A DNA stretch of 64,000 nucleotides from Dehalococcoidia bacterium UBA1152. GTDB taxonomy: Bacteria; Chloroflexota; Dehalococcoidia; Lucifugimonadales; UBA2962. This document shows positions 49,301-58,109 of this stretch, one piece after another (position 1 is the first letter of the stretch; every line of letters starts with the position of its first letter). A program made the position numbers and the translations under genes. The stretch spans positions 71,222 to 135,221 of the forward strand of contig DBZU01000074.1 of assembly GCA_002311285.1 (NCBI GenBank), read 5' to 3'. The notes under the pieces are model-generated. The model did not search any database. It was given only the letters and a program-made list of their open reading frames with translations, and was not told the origin of the DNA.

Positions 49301-50056
49301 ACGGGAATTGAGGTTTCAGATAATGTTTTAGTGAGTATAAATGGGCAGGTTATCCCTATCACAGTTACAAAAATTATTAATAATTTTCCTACTTTGCGTT
49401 CGGATCGTGGGTTTATCGTTTCTGACCTAGACCTGCTACTTAGGACTCTTAAACTGAAAGGGGTTAATGTGTATCACAGCCCCAATGAGTTATTTATCTT
49501 GACTGATGATGGATCTAATGAACTTGTGGTGGACATGATTTACGATGAGCTTGGGAGAGCAGCTCCAGTTCGAGTGTATGATAGAGATACAAGCTTAGCC
49601 TCTGCTGCGTTAGATCCTTTAGTGGCTGGCGGCTGGAAAGCTATGGTAATTATATCTGTGGCCGTAGTGATTTTTACGGGAGCATTAGGATACTCAGCTC
49701 ATTTGCTGTCTTTTTCTGAAAGAACCAGCGTTCAGATGGCAACGCTTAGCACTCTAGGCTTATCAAGACTGCAAGTAGTCGGACTTTTGTACTTAGAAAA
49801 CGCAGTTATTTTTGTTATGGGAATTGGTTTGGGTACATGGGCAGGATTTCAAATGAGTGAACTAATGGTCGATTCAGTAGCAGTCACCGAAACCGGTTTT
49901 AAAGTGATGCCAGTATTTCAAGTTATTACAAATTGGCAAATAATGTGGCCTGTTTATGGGATTTTATGTGCCATTTTCTTTGTTGCTGTCGGGTTTATGT
50001 ATAGAACAGTGATAAAGGTGGATTTGGCAGCAATTTCTAGAAGGTCAATCAATTAA
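46334..50056 (+). CDS. Giant FtsX-domain ABC permease P1 (two FtsX modules, two large extracytoplasmic domains, about 14 TM)
   Basis: 1240 aa. Order: TM1 (aa 32-53), extracytoplasmic domain (ECD) of about 280 aa, a 3-TM FtsX module, additional TMs, a second ECD of about 395 aa (aa 705-1100), and a C-terminal 3-TM FtsX module. Shares FQKYY[IL]D, MARNP and GGTLDRS motifs with the next gene. Confidence 0.85.
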   Translation: MKVWNMPNIVKPINTLSILSLIQNRLLNEWKLMLAIFAGVLVAAILISGAPIYLKSLERISVNAAFDQTSNVTLNALVYTPNIVLSQNSLEESQKIIDLVVNEQISDVYVDERRLIRSPNYLAGLPYRALETRMVSRGYVQYMENIEQNIVFLDGRMATNSVIEGPRGPVIEVILGKPSLDIYDLNIGDIVELTTFIDNEIRISAKITGIFEPVDSKAAFWRENSATFLKPAPLEESVQKGVTVDPDEPPLPFFSTQKTLTQGISKAYPGTIVSSSWLIFLDRENLKQYDVAEAKSRFANFRKDIALSLPGSFVLSIVPKVLETYEKRSLYTSIPLLLLLTLMVVTVLYYMSMMVSYLVKSREEDVIRLRTRGISVLKLFQVYVIEISVLTILAVAVAPFISMGLIAIAGKLPYFKAITFGDLIPVDMSWEPFVAAAALGVLCLLIYTVAGLIAARSGVISYRLRLSRPLLSPFFQKYYIDIGFLIIGGIVFWELQTRGSFLSGDMSNNAQLNEGLLFAPVLFLIGVALIFMRLFPLVVRYVAGESVSLVNLITVFTLIMIGPVYAFQSFIGENNFNWIVQLLIAGGLLVTYRWIEPKLLTGLNKSALSLFVGLIIQIGLICVYFYLSASTSHLLFNTVISLLISLVPLQILFIVLRYFSNRWPIWISMSLWHMARNPFQYSWLVLLLVLITGMAVLSTTVGGTLDRSQVERVLHQTGAEIRVTGLPSDKSKGIDETKKFYRNIDGVSELALAFRGVATIGLTGAGYQFDVLGIQPGEFNKIAWFRDDYADTTLNNLMTDLQNEANIEQLILPVDATEIGIYVKPAEVYPNIFVWLVVEDNRGIVRTVSLGRTAEAQWQSLKATIPDSLIGPIKLLSVQIYEPVLGPNGSIGSMQFDDIFVTTDSTVDSRDKGNKIVVEDFEDKLSWRTLVSSPLATHQLSTTNLDANSGQRSAQFDFGKDTSEGIRGFYFAPSGGLVPVIINESLSLSTGIEVSDNVLVSINGQVIPITVTKIINNFPTLRSDRGFIVSDLDLLLRTLKLKGVNVYHSPNELFILTDDGSNELVVDMIYDELGRAAPVRVYDRDTSLASAALDPLVAGGWKAMVIISVAVVIFTGALGYSAHLLSFSERTSVQMATLSTLGLSRLQVVGLLYLENAVIFVMGIGLGTWAGFQMSELMVDSVAVTETGFKVMPVFQVITNWQIMWPVYGILCAIFFVAVGFMYRTVIKVDLAAISRRSIN

Positions 50057-50085
50057 ATATGAGCTTAGTTATATAAAAAATTAAA

Positions 50086-53000
50086 TTGTTATCAGATTTT
50101 ATTACTACATTTAGATTTGTGCTTAAACGAAGCATGTCTCATTCGCGTTTACTATTATCGGTTGTCATAGGAGTTTTGTTAGCTTCAGCAATATTGTCTG
50201 GAACTGTAATCTATTTTAACTCGCTTAAAGAGATAGCTCTTGATGAAACACTGGATACCCTTTCTTCTAATGATTTAGATCTGGTTATCAAGACAGTTAG
50301 AGGCCCTACTACGATTCAAGAATATAAAACAGTATCAGATGTGATACGTGAGGGAGTTGTAGATAATATTGGTTGGTTTACTAAAAGTTCGATTTCTGGT
50401 GCGGCGTCAGCTACATTCTTTCTAACTGAGCCGGGTAAAGAAGACCAAGCAGGAAATGACAACGCCAGAGCGTATTTTTCATTTTCACCTGATTTAAATA
50501 AATATGCTGCAATTGTAGATGGCGGACGAATTCCAGATAACGCTGCGATTAAAACAGAACAAAACACCCCACTAGTTATCGAGGCACTCATTTTTGAGGA
50601 AGCAGCATGGGAATCTAATATCAAAATAGGAGACACCTTATCGGTTGTCCCTTTTTGGAGTGACAAGATAGATAAAGCACATGTAATTGTTACTGGCGTG
50701 CTTAGAAAGCTTGACCCGACAGACAATTTTTGGCATCTAGACGAATTAGTTTTCGGTGCTAATACTGGTCCATCATTTAGGACAGTACCATTTTTTGTAT
50801 CCGAACAAGCGTATTTTGACATACTGGGCAGATCGTTTGCCGATATGGATACTACTTATGGTTGGATGTTCGCAGTGGACAAGGAACAGATCAGTGCTGA
50901 CAGGGCAAAAGACGGCGTCGCAAGCATCCAATTGATGGGATACACTTTATCAAGTCAACTATATAGTTATCGTCAATTCACATCATTGGAACAAACACTG
51001 AGTGATTATGACAAACGTCTGTTTTTTTCAAAACTCCCTATGTTTATGTTATTAGTTTTAGTTGCTGTTGTGGTTTTATATTACGTAGTTACTTTATCCG
51101 GGCTTTTGATAGAGCGCCAACGAGGCGAAATTGCATTACTGAGAAGTCGTGGGGCTGGATCTTGGCATCTTATAGCAATCTTTGCGATAGAAGGCTTGAC
51201 GATTTCCGGATTATCGATTGTTTTAGGACCATTGTTGGCTGCTGGAGCAATAAAACTTGCTGGGTCAACTCCCATATTTGCCGAGTTGCTTGGAGGCACC
51301 GGCTTAGAAGTTAAATTATCTGGAACTGCTTATGCCTTGGCTGCTGTAGGCGGTATATTTTCATTTTGCGCTTTAATGATTCCAGCGATTCAAGCTTCTA
51401 GGATGTCGGTTACTGGATATCGTAGAGATAGTGCTCGCCCTACTGGCCTGCCTTTGTTCCAGAAGTACTATCTAGATGTGCTTTTATTAATTGTATTTGT
51501 AGTTCTATTTAGACAATTGTCTGAACAAGGCTCGTTTGTTGCTACACAAACACTTGGCCAGACAACAGCAAATTACTTGTTGTTAGCGGTCCCTGCGGTT
51601 ACGTTATTAGGGTTTGCGTTGGTTCTATTACGTTTATTCCCTTTAGCGTTAAATCTAGCCAGCCGGCTATTATCCCGGTGGTTGCCTGTCGGGCCAACTT
51701 TAGCTTTGTGGCAAATGGCTCGTAACCCTGCTTACTATGCCAGGCTGTCATTGCTATTAATTCTTACAGCGGGATTAGGGATTTTTGCAGCTAGTTTCGG
51801 CGGTACTCTAGATCGAAGTTTTCGTGAAAGAGTTTTATATTTCGCTGGAAGCGAAATAAGGATAGAAGGAATAACTACAGATTCAAGTGGACTTACTAAA
51901 CCAATACAATTGAGTTATGAAAACATTGAAGGCATCAGTGCAGCCTCAGCTGTATATAGAGGACGGGCATACGACTATACTGATCTGACGTCAAATAGAA
52001 TTGAACTTTTAGCTATTAATAATGATACGTTTCAAGATGTAGGATGGTTTAGAGAGGACTTTTTTGAAACGAATCAATCTGACTTATTAATGTCATTAAA
52101 GTCTAATCAGACCAATCAAGGTATTTCCATACCCGAAGAAGCTCGCACCTTAGCTATCTTAGCTCAAGCAGACCGCCCACACCCTACTGTTCGTTTGGCT
52201 GCACGTGTGGTTGATGCTAATGGTCGGTATTTCACATATGAAATGGGAAACCTTGAAACATTCAATTTACAACTTTATGAGGTTTCTTTGACTAGGACTA
52301 CTCGATCTACATCCAGATTTACTAGAGGACAGCAATTAGAGCCGACCGCTCCTTTAAAATTAATTTCCATTGCCATAGAAGAAACCGACACTTTGGGGAA
52401 CACTTTTCCAGGTGCAATAACGATAGACCAGATAAGTTATCGGACTTCAGATGGCAGAAGAATTGTAATTAATGAATTAGATGATATAAATATGTGGAAC
52501 CCTTTGCGTATGACTCCAGATTCAATTGGGGACTTCACTAATGAATCTCATTTAGATTTAGGTGGTACGGATAATCACGCGATTAAATTTAATTGGTCAT
52601 CTGGACCTTCGTTAGTTCCAAGAGGTATTTATTATGGCAGTGAAATGTCATTTATCCCTGTACTTGGTAGTAATGAGTTTTTATCTTCATCAGGTCACGA
52701 AGTGGGTGACATATTTTATATTTATGTGGCGAGTAAGAGAGTTCCAGTTAAATTAATGGACACGTTCTCTTATTTCCCCACTTTAGACACCAACACTAAA
52801 ACCCACTTGGTAGCCGATATTGAAACCTTAATCGCTTTTGCCAATTTGGATACTTCTCAAAGAGAGATAAAGCCAAATGAAATGTGGCTTAGTCTGGATG
52901 TAGATAGCCAGGATAGAGAAGAGCTGATCCGAACCCTTAAAACAGAACCTTTTGGCGCAACTACTGTTCTTGATAGAGATGCATTATTAAAAGAAAGTAG

Positions 53001-53448
53001 CGTGGACCCACTAACAAAAGCTGGTTGGAGAGCTCTATTATTCATTGCATTTGGGGCTGTATTTATTTTAAGTTGCGTAGGGTTTGTGGTTCATGCGCAT
53101 GTGTCATTTAGTGGCCGTAAGGTGCAATTCGCTTTACTTCGTACTGTTGGATTAACGCAAACGCAGATAGCAACTGTGGTTCTTTTAGAGCAAGCGCTTG
53201 TCATTGGAACAGGGATGGTGTTGGGTTCCTGGATGGGAAGAAATTTAGGAGCTATAATAATGCCGTTTTTAGCCAATGATGATGTCGGCACGCAGGTTTT
53301 ACCTCCGTTTGTTACTGAGATAAGCTGGGTTGCATTAATTGGAACGTATGCTGCTATGATAGCAGTATTTACTGTTATAGCCTTTTCGATGATTTGGTTT
53401 GTCCGTCGCATATCTGTGGTAACAACGTTAAGGATAGGAGAAAATTAG
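50086..53448 (+). CDS. Giant FtsX-domain ABC permease P2 (BceB/YbbP-like 10-TM topology, two large extracytoplasmic domains)
   Basis: 1120 aa paralog of P1 with a TTG start. It has the same domain order but lacks P1's extra 4-TM block. Confidence 0.85.
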   Translation: MLSDFITTFRFVLKRSMSHSRLLLSVVIGVLLASAILSGTVIYFNSLKEIALDETLDTLSSNDLDLVIKTVRGPTTIQEYKTVSDVIREGVVDNIGWFTKSSISGAASATFFLTEPGKEDQAGNDNARAYFSFSPDLNKYAAIVDGGRIPDNAAIKTEQNTPLVIEALIFEEAAWESNIKIGDTLSVVPFWSDKIDKAHVIVTGVLRKLDPTDNFWHLDELVFGANTGPSFRTVPFFVSEQAYFDILGRSFADMDTTYGWMFAVDKEQISADRAKDGVASIQLMGYTLSSQLYSYRQFTSLEQTLSDYDKRLFFSKLPMFMLLVLVAVVVLYYVVTLSGLLIERQRGEIALLRSRGAGSWHLIAIFAIEGLTISGLSIVLGPLLAAGAIKLAGSTPIFAELLGGTGLEVKLSGTAYALAAVGGIFSFCALMIPAIQASRMSVTGYRRDSARPTGLPLFQKYYLDVLLLIVFVVLFRQLSEQGSFVATQTLGQTTANYLLLAVPAVTLLGFALVLLRLFPLALNLASRLLSRWLPVGPTLALWQMARNPAYYARLSLLLILTAGLGIFAASFGGTLDRSFRERVLYFAGSEIRIEGITTDSSGLTKPIQLSYENIEGISAASAVYRGRAYDYTDLTSNRIELLAINNDTFQDVGWFREDFFETNQSDLLMSLKSNQTNQGISIPEEARTLAILAQADRPHPTVRLAARVVDANGRYFTYEMGNLETFNLQLYEVSLTRTTRSTSRFTRGQQLEPTAPLKLISIAIEETDTLGNTFPGAITIDQISYRTSDGRRIVINELDDINMWNPLRMTPDSIGDFTNESHLDLGGTDNHAIKFNWSSGPSLVPRGIYYGSEMSFIPVLGSNEFLSSSGHEVGDIFYIYVASKRVPVKLMDTFSYFPTLDTNTKTHLVADIETLIAFANLDTSQREIKPNEMWLSLDVDSQDREELIRTLKTEPFGATTVLDRDALLKESSVDPLTKAGWRALLFIAFGAVFILSCVGFVVHAHVSFSGRKVQFALLRTVGLTQTQIATVVLLEQALVIGTGMVLGSWMGRNLGAIIMPFLANDDVGTQVLPPFVTEISWVALIGTYAAMIAVFTVIAFSMIWFVRRISVVTTLRIGEN

Positions 53449-53452
53449 TTCT

Positions 53453-54355
53453 GTGGAACATACAAAAACTCTAGCACATATATCATGTGAAGATGTATTC
53501 AAAATATATAAAGTCGCTGATCTTGAAGTAGTCGCATTACGGGGATTGGACCTTGAAGTTGAACGTGGAGAAATAGTAGCAATTGTTGGCGCAAGCGGTT
53601 CCGGAAAATCTACATTATTAAATATCTTGGCTGGTTATGATCTTCCATCTGCAGGAAAAGTATCTGTATTAGGAAGGGACCTTCTTAGTATGAATTCAGC
53701 TGAAGTAGAGAAATATAGACGTACTGAAGTTGGTTTTATCTGGCAGCAAACTGGGCGCAATATGTTTCCATATTTAACTGCTATAGAGAATGTTGAATTA
53801 CCAATGATGTTAATTGGTGAAGTTTCTGCCAAACGACGTCAAAGAGCAGAAGAATTACTTGAATTAGTAGGTTTATCAGATCGAATGAGTCATGCACAAG
53901 ACAAACTTTCCGGTGGTGAACAACAACGTGTGGCAATTGCTATATCGCTTGCTAATAACCCGCCATTGCTTTTGGCGGATGAACCCACGGGTGAACTTGA
54001 TGATGCTACCGCAAACGAAGTGATGCAAGTTTTTGAGTCAGTAAATAAAGAATTAAGGACTACGATATTGATTGTGAGCCATGATCAAGATATTGCATAC
54101 AAAGTAGACAGAGTGGTATTGATAAGGGATGGAAAGCTTTCTACAGAAATAATACGCTATAAATCAGATAAACAAGAATCTCAAACAGAAACGGCTGGCG
54201 ATAGTACTGAATTGGAAGAATTTGTGTTAGTTGATGGGAGTGGAAGAGTACAAGTTCCTAAACCATTACTGGATCACCTTAAAATTGGAAGAAGGGCAAA
54301 AATAAGAATTGATAATAATGGAGTTATTCTAGAACCCGGAGATGCAGATAAATGA
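53453..54355 (+). CDS. MacB/LolD-type ABC ATPase A1 with C-terminal AbrB/SpoVT-like extension
   Basis: Walker A GASGSGKST, signature LSGGEQQR and Walker B LLLADEPTGELD. An extra roughly 65 aa tail contains GRVQVPKPLLDHLKIGRRAKIRIDNNGVILEP. GTG start 4 nt after the P2 stop. Confidence 0.9.
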   Translation: MEHTKTLAHISCEDVFKIYKVADLEVVALRGLDLEVERGEIVAIVGASGSGKSTLLNILAGYDLPSAGKVSVLGRDLLSMNSAEVEKYRRTEVGFIWQQTGRNMFPYLTAIENVELPMMLIGEVSAKRRQRAEELLELVGLSDRMSHAQDKLSGGEQQRVAIAISLANNPPLLLADEPTGELDDATANEVMQVFESVNKELRTTILIVSHDQDIAYKVDRVVLIRDGKLSTEIIRYKSDKQESQTETAGDSTELEEFVLVDGSGRVQVPKPLLDHLKIGRRAKIRIDNNGVILEPGDADK

Positions 54356-55065
54356 ATTCTGAGAGACCTATTATTGAGATTGAAAAGGCTGCAAGATCTT
54401 TCCAGATGGCCGGAAAGAGCGTTTCTGTTCTTAAATCAATTGATTTGAATGTTAAACATGGCGAATTTGTTGCCTTGATCGGCAGGTCAGGCTCGGGCAA
54501 AACTACGTTACTGAATCTCATTTCAGGCCTGGATGCGCCTAGTGAAGGGAAAATTTTGTTTGAGAGCCAAAATCTGGCTGACATGAATGAAGGGCGTCTT
54601 ACCGAACTTCGCAGGAGTAAACTGGGATTCGTTTTTCAGAGTTTTGGACTACTGCCATTGTTATCAGCTTTTGAAAATGTTGAATTACCGTTACGAATAT
54701 CTGGGGTCCGGGCTGGGGAAAGGGAAAGGTTAACTCGTAGGGCTTTGGATATTGTTGGTCTTGAAGGGCGATCAAAGCACAGGCCTTATGAACTTTCAGG
54801 CGGAGAGCAGCAGAGAGTAGCAATTGCTCGGGCAATAGTTCACGATCCAGTGTTAATTTTGGCTGACGAACCCACGGGCGAATTAGATTCAGTTAATGCT
54901 CGGGCAATTTTTGGGATATTTAAAGAAATGGTCCAAGATAAAACTATGTCAGTTGTAGCTGCAACACATGATTCAAATTTACTAGAAATGGCTGACCGAG
55001 TATTAAAATTGTCGGAAGGGCAACTAGAAGAAGATGCTAGTTATGGGCAACGTTTTCGGGAATAA
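54352..55065 (+). CDS. MacB/LolD-type ABC ATPase A2
   Basis: 237 aa with Walker A GRSGSGKTT, signature LSGGEQQR and Walker B LILADEPTGELD. ATGA overlap with A1. Confidence 0.9.
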   Translation: MNSERPIIEIEKAARSFQMAGKSVSVLKSIDLNVKHGEFVALIGRSGSGKTTLLNLISGLDAPSEGKILFESQNLADMNEGRLTELRRSKLGFVFQSFGLLPLLSAFENVELPLRISGVRAGERERLTRRALDIVGLEGRSKHRPYELSGGEQQRVAIARAIVHDPVLILADEPTGELDSVNARAIFGIFKEMVQDKTMSVVAATHDSNLLEMADRVLKLSEGQLEEDASYGQRFRE

Positions 55066-55128
55066 TTAGTAACAATATTAATTTAGGTTCAGCTCTGATT
55101 TGGTACAAGTTAAATAGAGGAGAGTTTT

Positions 55129-56076
55129 ATGTCTAAATATGTCGCGTATTTGAATGGTGAATGGATCGACTCTGATGAGATACGGATAGATCATAGAGAT
55201 AGAGGTTTTCGTACTGGAGATTGTGTGTTTGATACAGCACGAACCTTCGATGGAGTGATTTTTAACGCTCGACGGCATGCTGAACGCTTAATGCGATCGT
55301 TAAAGTATGCACGATTAGATTCGGGTCTCACTACAGACGAATGGGAAGCATTGTTTCACGAATCAGTTGAACGTAACAAAGATAATCTAAAAGAGGCTGG
55401 GGATTTCTATGTATATCCTTTTGTGACTAGAGGTCTGGGATGGCCTGCGCCCGCATCGGGACCTCCAACGGTTGCGTGCATAGCTTACCCGCTTTACTTC
55501 GGACGTTGGTCTGAATGGTTTGATGAAGGCGTAAAAGGTGCAATTCCTAAAACTCGTGGTCTTTCAAGTGACCAAGTAGATCCAAAAATAAAACATCAGA
55601 GCCGAATGAACATGAATCTAGCTGAGATGGAGGCATGGGATATTGATGAAGGAGCCTATCCAGTAATGCTTGACATGGCAGGGAATGTAACTGAAGGGAC
55701 CATAAATTCTGTATTTCTGGTTTCAGATGGTGTTCTGAAGTGTCCGACAGATAGTGCTATCTTGCAGAGCCTATCGCGGTGGACTGTTCAGGATCTAGCT
55801 TCGCAATTAGGAATAGAGGTAGTACAGGAAGACTTACAGCCTTATGATTTGTACACTGCTGATGAAGCTTTTCTTGCATTTACAGGACCTTGTGTATTGC
55901 CTATGACAACTGTTGATAAACGATCAATAGGTGATGGCAAGCCAGGACCCATCACTACCCAACTTTTGGCTGCATGGTCTGAAAGAGTTGGCATCGACAT
56001 TGTCGGCCAAGCGAAGCGTTACGGAGAAATGGGAAACCCAGGACATCCTGACGCTCCACAATCAGATAGACATTAA
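55129..56076 (+). CDS. Class IV aminotransferase (paralog of 39857..40762)
   Basis: 315 aa with GDCVFDTARTF and RLMRSLKYARLD, closely mirroring the motifs of the other class IV gene. Confidence 0.85.
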   Translation: MSKYVAYLNGEWIDSDEIRIDHRDRGFRTGDCVFDTARTFDGVIFNARRHAERLMRSLKYARLDSGLTTDEWEALFHESVERNKDNLKEAGDFYVYPFVTRGLGWPAPASGPPTVACIAYPLYFGRWSEWFDEGVKGAIPKTRGLSSDQVDPKIKHQSRMNMNLAEMEAWDIDEGAYPVMLDMAGNVTEGTINSVFLVSDGVLKCPTDSAILQSLSRWTVQDLASQLGIEVVQEDLQPYDLYTADEAFLAFTGPCVLPMTTVDKRSIGDGKPGPITTQLLAAWSERVGIDIVGQAKRYGEMGNPGHPDAPQSDRH

Positions 56077-56086
56077 TGGAGGATAA

Positions 56087-57265
56087 ATGTCCAACACTCT
56101 TTTAAAGGGTGGTATTGTGTACGATGCTGCCCAAAACATAAAAAAACAAAGACTGGATGTTGCAGTTCAAGATACTAAAATCACTGAATTAGCGGTTGAT
56201 ATCGACCCATTAAACTTTGACGAAGTTATTGATGTTACAAGTAAAATTGTGTCTCCAGGATTAATAGATTTACATTGTCACGTTTATCATGGATTTAATT
56301 CAACTGGCGTACATCCAGATGTAGCCGGCGTTGGGTCTGGAGTGACTACTGTAGTTGATGGTGGAAGCGCCGGGCACTCTAATTTTGGTGGATTCCCAAC
56401 TTATGTTGTACCTGATTCAAAGACTCGAGTGCTTTGTATGGTACATATCTCCAGTAACGGATTGTCAGTTATGCCTGAATTAAGAAGCTTAGATGATATA
56501 GATGTTCAAGAAACAACAAGAGTTGTGCGAGAAAATCGTCCCTTAACCCAAGGAGTTAAGATTAGAGCTATTGGCCCAACAACTGAAACCGAAGGCATCA
56601 ATATAGTTAAACTAGCGAAACAAGCTTCGATTGATTCTGGAACACGATTGATGGTTCATATAGGAGAGTTGTATCACGATGGCAAGACATTGACACACGA
56701 ATTGTTGCCTTTGTTAGATATAGGTGACATAGTAACGCACATTTTTACACCTAATAGGGGCGGAATAATTGATAGTAATAATAAAGTGATTCCCGAGTTT
56801 ATTGACGCTCAAAAAAGAGGAGTAACGTTAGACACTGCTTTTGGCAGATATAATTTTAGTTTTGATGTTGCTCGAACAGCGCTAGATCAAGGTGTAGTGC
56901 CAAACACCATTAGCACCGATTTGACACTTCCAGGAAGAGAGACTTCTGTATACAGTATGCCTGAGATGCTGACCAGGTTTTTAGCATTAGGGTTTTCTAT
57001 AGGGGACGTTTTAAAAATGACGACATCAAATTCTGCCAAAGCGTTAGATATGGCTGACACTATTGGGACATTAAAGCCTGGAAATGAAGCAGATATAAGT
57101 GTGTTAGAGATAGTAGACGGTGATTGGCATGTAAGTGACGTAAAGGGGGTATTTCTTCGTACTAACAAGGCTATTAGGCCATATATTACACTTAAGTCTG
57201 GAGATATAATAACTCCAGACTTAGGTCCCCATCCATGGGGATTTTTGCCTAACCAAAGTTTATAA
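56087..57265 (+). CDS. Metal-dependent amidohydrolase (dihydroorotase/D-aminoacylase superfamily)
   Basis: 392 aa with SPGLIDLHCHVY (HxH metal motif), a later VHIGE motif, and a C-terminal beta-sandwich tail. Confidence 0.8.
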   Translation: MSNTLLKGGIVYDAAQNIKKQRLDVAVQDTKITELAVDIDPLNFDEVIDVTSKIVSPGLIDLHCHVYHGFNSTGVHPDVAGVGSGVTTVVDGGSAGHSNFGGFPTYVVPDSKTRVLCMVHISSNGLSVMPELRSLDDIDVQETTRVVRENRPLTQGVKIRAIGPTTETEGINIVKLAKQASIDSGTRLMVHIGELYHDGKTLTHELLPLLDIGDIVTHIFTPNRGGIIDSNNKVIPEFIDAQKRGVTLDTAFGRYNFSFDVARTALDQGVVPNTISTDLTLPGRETSVYSMPEMLTRFLALGFSIGDVLKMTTSNSAKALDMADTIGTLKPGNEADISVLEIVDGDWHVSDVKGVFLRTNKAIRPYITLKSGDIITPDLGPHPWGFLPNQSL

Positions 57266-57273
57266 ATTGCATT

Positions 57274-58062
57274 ATGAATCAAGAAATACAATTAGAAAAA
57301 GCTGACGGAATTGCCACAATAACAATTAATAGACCCGAAAGGCGTAATGCTATTAATTATGAAGGATGGCTTGAACTTGAACGTCTAGCTAAACAAGTGG
57401 ATGTCGATAAGAGCGTTAAGGTAGTTATCTTTCGTGGAGCTGGTGACAAGTCATTTTCAGCAGGAGCTGACATAACTGATTTTGATATTTACCGCAGTGA
57501 TTCTAAAAAAGCAGTTGCTTACGCAGCCACACTTGAACGTGCAATGAAGACGATAGAGTTGATATCAAAACCAACTATAAGTGCAATTAAAGGTTTTTGT
57601 CTTGGAGGAGGATGTGAGTTGTCTACGTGTACCGATATGAGATTTGCTGCTGACAATTCAACGTTTGGTATACCGGCGGCTCAATTGGGTATCTTAGTCG
57701 GGTATTTTGAGATGAGTCGTTTAATTAGATTAGTGGGGCCGGGAAACGCGTCTTACATCTTACTGAGCGGAAAGCGTATTAGATCTGAAGAAGCACTTCA
57801 AATGGGGTTAATTAACGGTGTTTATCCTGTTGAACAACTTGATGCTTTCGTTCAAGAACTGGCTAGTTTTATGGCGCCATTAGCTCCATTGTCTCAAAGC
57901 AGACATAAAATAATGATGCAGTCGGTACTGTCTAATCCTGACCTTGCAAATCTCTCAGAGTCAGACCATAAGTTACCTTTTAGTAATTTTGACTCGTCAG
58001 ATTATATTGAAGGCAGGCAAGCTTTTCTGGAAAAAAGGAAACCTCGATTTAGAGGATCATAG
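57274..58062 (+). CDS. Enoyl-CoA hydratase/isomerase (crotonase) family protein
   Basis: 262 aa with FSAGADI and GFCLGGGCEL oxyanion-hole motifs. Confidence 0.9.
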   Translation: MNQEIQLEKADGIATITINRPERRNAINYEGWLELERLAKQVDVDKSVKVVIFRGAGDKSFSAGADITDFDIYRSDSKKAVAYAATLERAMKTIELISKPTISAIKGFCLGGGCELSTCTDMRFAADNSTFGIPAAQLGILVGYFEMSRLIRLVGPGNASYILLSGKRIRSEEALQMGLINGVYPVEQLDAFVQELASFMAPLAPLSQSRHKIMMQSVLSNPDLANLSESDHKLPFSNFDSSDYIEGRQAFLEKRKPRFRGS

Positions 58063-58109
58063 TTAGTTGATCTATTTTGCAGAATTTTGTTCAAAAGATT
58101 GGTCGTTAA

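Noticed and set aside
47659-53411. Several ORFs inside or antisense to the giant permease genes (47659..47859, 47767..48105, 48796..49104, 50316..50822, 51081..51299, 52857..53045, 53091..53411)
   Set aside because: All are embedded in the two long, motif-supported permease frames. None has a recognisable domain or an independent translation signal.
56887-57291. 134-aa minus-strand ORF antisense to the amidohydrolase 3' end
   Set aside because: It is a shadow ORF within a supported gene, and it crosses the start of the crotonase gene without any signal of its own.
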